Below, piece after piece: positions 55,716 through 64,000 of a stretch of DNA of 64,000 bases (position 1 is the stretch's first letter; each line of letters begins with the position of its first letter). The notes below the pieces were generated by a model. The model saw only the letters and a program-made list of their open reading frames with translations. It made no database searches and was not told the origin of the DNA. The stretch lies in assembly GCF_009914755.1 (NCBI RefSeq), contig NC_060937.1; one strand, given 5' to 3'. The DNA comes from the human T2T-CHM13v2.0 reference genome, Homo sapiens. The position numbers and the translations under genes were made by a program.

Positions 55716-56479
55716 CATGTGTCGTGAACAGAGTTTTTGTCAAGAGACAGTGACAAAGGCAGTGGTGCCCAGCAGTTGTTGGGTGACTTTCTTACATGAT
55801 GTTACCAGACTAATCAAACAAGAACTTCACTGTTCCCTATAAAACATGTCTGCGACATTCATCCTTTTTGCCTTCAAGTTTAGGAAGTCCCTAAGAATCC
55901 CTCCTTTTGTTCCCTTCTCTTCATCATCCTACCTTTTACATTCTGACCAAAGTAAAAAAAATAGTGGCAGCTAGAGAACTACACAGGGAAAACATCAGGA
56001 CATAGTTGGTCTTGATACAAAAGAGCTATTGCATCTCTAGAGGTATACGGGGAGCTGAGAAGTCTCCCTCAGAAAACTCCATGCCCTTCAGTACCCGGGT
56101 TCAACACATAACTAAACCTTGTACCTGGTACACAAGTCCTAAGGAACACCACACAGACTATGGCAGTGAGCAGGCAGATGTGTAAATAGGTGTTTCCCTG
56201 TCCCTATTTACAGGAGGTAAATAGTATTACCTCCACAGTCCCTCCTGGAGGTAATACTGAGTTGGGCTCAAAGGTTTTATTAAAAATAGGCACAGTGCAA
56301 TGACTTGTTTAACACTGAAGAGAAGAGCTCCTGTTAGACTGTTCAAACAGCCCAACTGTTTCCCCTTAAGGCAAAAGACACTATTTTGAATAAATGCTTC
56401 CATTTTGAGACATCTACGTGGTATTTATAGAAGGCGTATGAGTCAATTTGAGTGAGGTATGATGCCAAAATGTGCAAAG

Positions 56480-56800
56480 GAGTGAAAACATTGGTTGTTG
56501 TCCTTGTTACCATATGTATAAAAACACTTCACAAAAGTCTCCAATGTTTGTGTTGCTAAAACATGGAAGACTGGGTTCGAACATTTTAAAGGAATGGTTC
56601 ATTGTAGGAAACGTGAAGTATAGTATAGAATTAGCTTTAGCACTTTCAGAAAGTACTGCATCATTTGAACAAATTTTCTCAGTTATGGATGCTGTCTAAG
56701 ATGAGAACAAGTTGTACAGCCAAAGTCATCTTCATTGTTAAAACTAAGTTTAGATTATCATGCATTGAATTTTACACTTATTAACTGGGATATACATTTC
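56480..56800 (+). mobile_element. Fossil hAT transposase C-terminal fragment
   Basis: Reads IELALALSESTASFEQIFSVMDAV*DE, then in another frame AKVIFIVKTKFRLSCIEFY. This resembles the hAT dimerisation motif (..SA.VER.FS.M) and the region after it. Confidence 0.55.
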
Positions 56801-58020
56801 AAAAAAGAAAAATCTACTCTCCCAACAAGGCAGTACTCCGAAGCCTACCTAAAATGCCATCCTTTGGTTCATGGAGTGGCACTGCTCTACAAAACCCATT
56901 TTGTTACCTCAGTAAATAAGCTTCCTGGATGGAGTCTAAGGCCAACTAATACTACATTGAATCCCACTCTACAGCCAAGCATGTTAGAAGAAGCAGCTTA
57001 CATCTGTTTGCTGTTCCAGACGTGCAGTCTGAATTTGATGTTTTCATTTGAAATATACTCAGTGTTTAGACTTGCAGAGGTTGTGGCCCATTTGTGGCTC
57101 ACCCAGCTCTACTGGAACCTAGGATGAGTCGGTAGGCTGAGAAGGAGGGGAGTAAAAAGTGCTCACTCTTCTTCCCTCTCTTCCTATTTTCTCACTTCCA
57201 AACACCATGACAGCCCTAGATGTAAAGCAAGTAGCTTTTTAAAAAAACGTATATTTAAATGAGTAACAGTGGCATACCAGGTGTTTTGGCACCTAAAACA
57301 GCTTAGTGAAAGGCAAAAGCAGAGCTGAAAGGCAGCCAGACAAGTAGGAAATAGAAAGTGATCATGGGTCCTACCAAGCCCTGCATGTTCCACCTCAAAG
57401 TTACACGACAGAGCGGGAGACTGAGTTCAGAAAAAGAGAATTGATGGAATGTTCTCAGTGTGCTGTGCAGAACTAGGTCTAGGGCGTCTGCTTCGTACTA
57501 ACACTGGGCACTGACATTTGTACTCAATAAAATCCTCTTAGATTATGATTTATCTTAAAATCTGTGTTTTCCAAAATCCTACCAAGCCATGGAAGTTTGG
57601 GGATATCCTGTGTGTGGTTGAGTGGGTATATCTATTTGAGGGTCTGTGGCTTCCTTTGCTTGTTTTACATTATGTGCCTGAAGAGACAGCAATGACATGA
57701 CCTTAGTATTTATGTTTATTGTGGATTTTCTTTTTTCAACCACACTTCTTTCCTTAGTACCCTTGGCTTAAAGTGCAGTGACCTAGATTATTTCCAGAAC
57801 GGGCCTATTATATACATTGGTCAATCCAAACTATCATACTGGTTTAAAGAAACCTATGAAGCCTCCTTCAAGCAAAATAAATGCCTTGGACTTAGTATTC
57901 CCTATTTAATGATTTGCCTAAAATAAAGTCACCTTGCATGACTCCTACAGTGAAAGTTGAAGCAGGTAACATTTATTCTAAATGCATAGCTGTTGCTCTG
58001 CTAGGAAAGTAGGACATTTA

Positions 58021-58023
<3 letters not shown>

Positions 58024-58060
<37 letters not shown>
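58024..58060. repeat. (GT)n microsatellite
   Basis: Direct reading. Confidence 0.95.
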
Positions 58061-58062
<2 letters not shown>

Positions 58063-58875
58063 CTCTGATAATAGTTGTTAGACTGGGTGTTTTAATGAAG
58101 ATAGCAAATTTACTTTATATCCAGGACTTTTAAGCTATTGGAATTTATTTTAAAAAGCATATATTGTGCAAACACATTTTTCATGTTCTCTTCCAGTTAA
58201 ATTTTACATAAAACAAGCCCAAAACACTATTTAATGAAGACCTCTTATATAAGTATTAATAATGAGCTAATCAATAACTTTTGGGTAGATGAATAACTTT
58301 GTCCTTAAATTCGTAACTCTATTTTCTGCTTATTTTCACACCAACTTGATTATATAGCGGTGCTCTGAAATTCCACGAATGCTTGAACCACCTACACTTG
58401 TTGACAGTTTAGCGAATTGGAAATAATCAGTAAATTATTTCATAACTTCCAAAGATATAGGAAGGAAAATTAACCTATTATTTATCTCTGAAATAAGAAT
58501 AGGTGCTTTACACCAAATTCACTGGTATTTGGCAGTATTCTCCCAAGTTTCTTAGTTTGAAACCAGTTAATTGTTCTCTTTTTAAATTTAAGATAACATA
58601 ATAGGTAGTAGTCAATCTGTTCCTTTTGGCTGTAACAGTTAAAAGAATTTTAGTGTTTGTTTCATTTTAATTACCCAATTAACTTTTTAGTTCTACTGCT
58701 ATTTTGGGATCAAAAACCTGCAAAAGATTTTAGGCTTTATGTTACTAGCAGGAGAATGGAACTCACGAAGTACAATAGTGAAAGGGAATGGCTTGGCATG
58801 GGTTCGATTCAAGCTTAACAGGCTAAAACTTTTAGAAGGTAAGATAAATAATGTGACACATTAATGTCCCATTTA

Positions 58876-58920
58876 AATATATATATTATATATATGTATA
58901 ATATATAATATATATATATA
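58876..58920. repeat. TA-rich tract
   Basis: Direct reading. Confidence 0.85.
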
Positions 58921-59859
58921 CTAAATGCTCCAACTCCCTGGTTGGAACTCATATCCCTGGTTATCTAACACTAAATTATCCTATTAGAATAGTTGGTAAT
59001 GTTCTTAGATACACTTTGAGTTAGCCCATCAATTCATACCCAAATACTTTAGCATTCATAAGCTGCAAAATGAATTGTTCTAAAAATAAATTGTCATTTG
59101 TTCCACAGTTTCCAAAAATGCCTTGGAAGGGGGGAAAAACTATTCCAGAGAGATGAAAGTGGGTGGGATGGAGGAAGTGTAATAAGATTGTGACTCGTGT
59201 ATAGGGAGAAATTTAGTGTTTCCGGTAAAATTGTTTACAAAAAAAATTATAAAGGCCTACAAAGAAACTTACTGTTCTGTGCTAAATTATTTCCCACTCT
59301 CCAGTACTATGGAAGGACTGACTTCAAGGTCCCTAAGACAAATGGTCACATCTAAATAAAAAATGTTTTTGCACTATTCCTTTCTCAGAAGAGAGTTAAA
59401 TCTTTTCACAGAAAGACACAAGAAGGGTTCAAAAGACCACCATTTTTGCAGTGTAAAGCAGTCACCCCTGCCCTTCCCACTGCAGCCCTTGGCCTTTCTC
59501 ACTTTGAGAAGTCTTGCAAAAAGGGTCTTCATATTAGGCTGTGAGATAGTGTTGCAGATGTAAGTTGGTTTTGTATGAACCAAGCGTCAGCAAGTTTTAG
59601 GTTTGATGTCGGGGACTTGGAGTACATCTTGGGGTACACTTCATAGCTGAATTAGACATGCGGGTGGAAAGGTGACAACACTGTTTTCCCCTTGGGCAAT
59701 TCTCAGGTTGGTGTGTCGTTTCAGAGTTGCTAAACGCTGAGGAGTTAAGAAGAGAGGAGGGTAAAAGGACGGAGGAGGAGGAAACAGATGGGGTGAATAG
59801 AAACGGTGTAAGAACTAGAACACAGGGAGGAGGACTCAGGGCAGAGCCCAGAGCCCACT

Positions 59860-61130
59860 GCAGCACCGAGTCCACGGAGCAGCCAGAGGCTACTACCAGA
59901 GCCTCAATTGCCACCCCAAAGTACCAGCTGGGGGCAATCTTCTCCGCCCCAGCATAGGAGCCTCTGCCCTTTTAGACTGTCTAACAACTCGCAGTTTCTC
60001 CTTTGCTGCAGGAATGGTGGCCGCAAACGGTCTCAGCCTCCGCACCCACCGCCTCCGTCCCCGCCCACCCGCACCTCCTCCTCCTCTGCCTCGCGCTGCA
60101 CCCGCAGGCGGCAGACCCCTCGGAGCGCGCCACCCCAGCTACGTTGCATTGGCAAGGTTCGGAGGCTGGAGGGCAGCAGCCACTTGCTGCCCCAGTCGCT
60201 GGGGCTCTGGGTGCCAGTGCGGCCCCCGGCAGAGCCCAGGGCGTCAGGGAGGCCGTGGAGAGCCATGATCTACTGCACCGCAGTGCCAGCGTCAGGAGCT
60301 TCCAGAGCCCGGGCTGCCACTGCGGGACGGCCGATCTGCCCGCTCCCTCCTTCAGACACAACCCCAGACAAAAACAGCCGGCCCCGGGTCCCTCTCCACC
60401 CTGAACGGAGCTAGGGGACGCCACACACTCCCGGCTGCCAGCGTGAGCGGTTCCGGGAAAGGCTGCGCCCAGCCTCCTCGCCAGCGCCGCCGCCACCACC
60501 ATGCAGCCCTCCAGCCTGCCTCCCCTGGGTTGCTCGCCCACAGCTCCGCGGCCGCCCCCAATCGCCTCGGACTGAGACGCGGGGACGGGAACCCCTGGGA
60601 TCCGACTCCCCAAATCAGATGCATTTGCATTTCTTATGTAATGTACTGCAAGTTCCCTTGTTGGAGCCCTTTGGAATCGGGGCGCATGATCACCAGTAGG
60701 CTTAAAAGCAGGAACTCACGGCCTGGCTCATCCCCACCCCTGGCCCTGTGGGACCCCGACGCAGGGCTTTGACACCGCTTTCTAAAGGGGGGGACTTCAA
60801 TTACAAATATTAGAGGGGCTGGGCTTGTCCTCTCAGTCTGGGGTTCCCTCCCGGCGCAAGCCTTGCTCAAGTATTCCCGGTGGCAGGATGTGTCAGAGGC
60901 AGACAGGGGGAATGAGTTAATGCTCGGGCACCCGGAGCTGGACGGGGGAGGGACGCGGGGGCTGACGGAGGAGCGGGGCCGCGAGGGAGGGGGCCTCTTT
61001 TACTTTGGTAAAGGTGATCGTGGTGGCGAATATTGTGCAAGCTAATCAGAAAGTCTAGAGCAGGTTCTCGGAACCCAGCTACGTCCCTCGAACCTGCTGC
61101 AGAAGTAAGGGGAGCTCGCGGTTCTTTTTC
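59860..61130. promoter_or_regulatory. CpG island just downstream of exon 1B (possible alternative promoter)
   Basis: High GC and dense CpG compared with the AT-rich flanks; G-tract cluster at 60944-60993. Confidence 0.85.
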
Positions 61131-61480
61131 CTGGCAACTACCGAAGCTTCAGCTGCCTGGGGCACAACCTTAAGCCATAGCCCTTCACTATTCCACCAAA
61201 CATAGGCAACCAAATACATTAAAAAAAAAAAAAAAGTTTCCTCCTCCCTCCTAGTGATGGATTGTGTCACAGCCAAGGGATGCCAATAATGGTTTTGGGG
61301 TTCGTAGACGCCGATCCAGCTGTTACTTGTTTATTCATGCAACACCTCTATATGCAACACTGTCCTGGTTCCTGGTATGTTTCCCCTGCCTTCCTGCATA
61401 GCAGAACTGCAGATCTAGCTCGATGAGCAACAGACAGGTTATTATGAGGAAAAACATAACATGATGCATGTTTCGCTTAC

Positions 61481-61688
61481 CAGTTGGGTTCTTGTTTTTC
61501 TTAAGACTCTTGCCACAAAGACACTGCAGCATATGCGTTCCTTTGCTGAAAATGTTCCAAAGAAACCACATTGATTTGGGCGAAAAGCAATCCAGCAGCT
61601 TAGACACCCTGAGAAAGAAGAGATCCTTGTGGTTGCATAATAATAATTTGAAATCAGTTCTCCTGAAGAGGGGCACCGGTTTTACCAT
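61481..61688 (-). CDS. FGF14: FGF14 isoform 1B, first coding exon (69 codons + 1 nt, phase-1 intron follows)
   Basis: Minus strand from ATG at 61688 reads MVKPVPLFRRTDFKLLLCNHKDLFFLRVSKLLDCFSPKSMWFLWNIFSKGTHMLQCLCGKSLKKNKNPT, which I recognise as the FGF14-1B (FHF4B) N-terminus. It ends at ACTG|GTAAGC (donor GT at 61480-61479). The 208 coding nt match the c.208+ intron numbering I recall for this transcript. Confidence 0.97.
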
Positions 61689-62045
61689 AGGAAAAACGAT
61701 AATATTCCGGATCTTCTCCCAGTTTTTTCCCCTCACGTGGTATATTTCTTTGAGACTTCTCAGTGATTGTTTGTTTTCGGCCAGGGTGAATGATTTATCC
61801 CCCCTCGATCACCACCGGATTATTACCAAAGGGTTGGAGAAAAAATCCTTTTTCAGCATGAAGCCAAACAGAAAAGCAAAGAGATCCCAACTGAGATCAA
61901 AACTAATCAGGGAGAACAGTAATGCACAAAAGATCCCCAAAGAGAAAACCATAGCCTTTTTACTTGATCGCTATGAGGATGGGTGGATCTGCAGAAGGCA
62001 AAGCAGGATTCATCTTACTGAGAGAAGACTGCCATTGTGTAGCCC
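61689..62045 (-). other. FGF14: FGF14-1B 5' leader region containing upstream ORFs (true TSS not determinable from sequence)
   Basis: Contiguous with the CDS. ATGs at 62035, 62013, 61952 and 61859 on the minus strand. Bounded by a polypyrimidine tract + TAG at 62113-62046. Confidence 0.6.
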
Positions 62046-62048
62046 CTA

Positions 62049-62137
62049 GGAGAGAAGGAAAAAAAAAAAAAGAGGAAAGAAAGAAAGAAAAAAGAAAAAA
62101 AAAGAAAAAAAAACACCACCACACACACTCACACACC
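62049..62137. repeat. 65-nt pure A/G tract followed by a CA-rich tract
   Basis: Direct reading; 62049-62113 contains only purines on the plus strand. Confidence 0.9.
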
Positions 62138-62149
62138 AATACCACCTCC

Positions 62150-62700
62150 GAGATTGAGTCTGACAGCCGAAGACAGAGCCTCCCTTCTCCCAGTGTCGAT
62201 TTTTTTTTATAATCAATCGCCAGTGCTCAGTGGGATCGGTTTGAACCTGCAGTTCTCAATCACCACGAAGAAAAGATGCAAATTTAGGTGCCCCCTCCCC
62301 TTGTCAGTCTTGTAGTAGGTAGAGAGCGCCACAAATCCCCTTCCTCCTTCCTCTCACTCTTCCAGTTTCCAACAACCGTGAGCATGAGGAAAATCTCCCC
62401 TCCGGATTCCTCGCCCAGCCTCGGATGTGAGTTACAGGCATTAGAGGGAGGAGGAGGAGGAGTTGAAGTTTGCATTGAAAAGACTGGCTTTCCATGACGT
62501 AGCCACGTGCTTTCAGACCCGTCACCAGTGAGATGCTTCAACCAGCCCAGGGAGGGCAGTGTCACTGCAGTCTCTCTGCTAGGGCCCCTCCTGAAGTCTC
62601 CCCACCCGCCAGCTCCAGCCCCAGCCCCAAACCCAGACCCAACGCGCGACCCTCTCCCTCCTCCGCCAAGCGCCAGTCAGCCTGCTGTTTGCTCTTGGAG
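62150..62700 (-). promoter_or_regulatory. GC-rich promoter region upstream of FGF14 exon 1B
   Basis: Raised CpG/GC content. CRE-like ATGACGTA at 62494-62501 next to E-box CACGTG at 62504-62509. C-rich Sp/KLF-like tracts at 62600-62665. Confidence 0.6.
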
Positions 62701-64000
62701 CCAATCTGACAGCCTTCTATTAAAAGTGAATTTTGAAAAGTAAAAATTAAAAATTATAATGAGTAAACCTTAGAAAATGCATGTTGGGAGGTTGGAGGTG
62801 GGGGGGAAATAAAGAGAAAAATGGGTTTAATGCTTCTCCACCCAGCCAAAATCAGTTCCACCTTCACATTTTCAAAAGCAGCATATAATGCACCTAAAAC
62901 ATTAAGGAAAACTCAAGTTCCTTTAATTCTTATTATTGGACTCCTACTTGAGGGGCTGTTTGAAAAATGTAAACTAGATATATAACAGATATTACCAGAA
63001 ACCGCCTCTTAAAAGGACAACCACTAAAATCTAGGTGGCAAACTGTACTTTTGTGGGGAGGGTCATGTATACATGAGAAAATGTATGCCTTTTATAGACA
63101 ACACGTTACCTTTAAATAATTGTGCAGAAAGTCCCTGCTTAAATCACGCCCTAATTCTTTGCATGTTTCTGCACTCATTAATTGAGCTAACATTAAATTC
63201 ACCCTCATTTACTTCTCATCTGCACATCTCACCTACACTAATCCAACCTAACAAAACAGGCAAGTTTTCTATTTTCACCAACATATAACCCAGCTTCCTA
63301 CTTGCCCAGAAAAATCAAAGGATTTCAGACCAAGCTGTTATTTTATTTTATTCTACTTGGAGGAAAATACAATGTGCAAAGTGATACAAACAATTACAAA
63401 AAATAATATAACAAACTCCAGAGTACCCGCTACTCAAAAGTAACTTAGCATTTCATCATATTTTTGAGATAAGGATTTTAAAGAAGTAAAACTGACCACT
63501 CCCATTCTCTGTAGGTAAATGAATTAAACTTATGCCAGCTTATTTCTATTTTTATAGGTAAACTGACATAAAAATTTTAACTCTAATTTAAATATATATA
63601 TTTAGAAGTTTCTTCATAATTTCAAAAAAATTAAAACTACTGCCTCTACTGCATGGTATATAAACTTAGATGTCGATTTATATAGTTGAGGATTGATGGA
63701 AAAGACTGATTTGATTTTAAAAGTTGATTTAAAGAAAATCGACTAACTCCTTGATTATCAGTTGTCAAAAAACAAAAAATGGAATAAACATCTTTACCAC
63801 TTTTAGAGTTTTCTATTAGTTAGGATGCTAAAATTAGCATTGATATCCTGACCTTCTGGGAAACATCAGTCAATTCTAGGTAAGATAGAAGAATTTAAAA
63901 CCAGTAAATCCCATAAAGGTTAAGACATTGGAAAGCTATATCATGATGGCCTTGATGTGTCAAAAGGATCATGTCATACAGCTTTTAAAAATTACTACAA

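Noticed and set aside
59860-59885. REST/RE1 site (CAGCACC...CCACGGAGCAG), also half-site TTCAGCACC at ~53669
   Set aside because: Spacing and right half do not fit the 21-bp consensus.
59597-61045. Many overlapping long ORFs (up to 210 aa) in the CpG island
   Set aside because: Ala/Gly/Pro/Arg-rich on both strands, as expected from stop-codon depletion in GC-rich DNA; no recognisable domain.
61335-61736. 133-aa ORF from the track as a complete protein
   Set aside because: It starts at a GTG in the leader and runs through the GTAAGC donor into the intron. Only 61481-61688 is established CDS.
62012-62045. 27-nt micro-exon using TCA|GTAAGA as donor after the 62046 acceptor
   Set aside because: Possible on motif alone, but there is no supporting evidence and the sequence is equally explained by the uORF stop-start junction.

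Overview
Human (primate) genomic DNA: the 5' end of FGF14 (chr13q33), transcribed on the minus strand. The only protein-coding sequence I can support is coding exon 1B of FGF14 isoform 1B (61481-61688; MVKPVPLFRRTDF...KKNKNPT, 208 nt, GTAAGC donor). Everything to its left is the start of the very long first intron. That intron is full of Alu, L1, L2, MIR, CR1, LTR and DNA-transposon fossils. It also holds a CpG-island bidirectional promoter at ~54.5 kb, where I recall FGF14-AS2 and FGF14-IT1 lying, and probably FGF14-AS1 at ~27.6-33.8 kb. The lncRNA names come from my memory of the locus and were not looked up. The SCA27B GAA repeat is not in this window. Most interesting observations: (1) three uORFs tile the 1B leader head-to-tail, and the last is a hydrophobic 47-aa ORF in frame with FGF14-1B and separated from it by a single TGA; (2) an in-frame CTG in strong Kozak context; (3) a strong splice acceptor upstream of the supposed first exon; (4) an RFX X-box/DR1/ETS/YY1 bidirectional promoter with a predictable minus-strand two-exon leader; (5) several fold-back or templated-insertion scars; (6) a hAT transposase fossil. 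None of these is proven to be a new system; they are testable hypotheses. Repeat subfamily names and boundaries were assigned by eye and are approximate.
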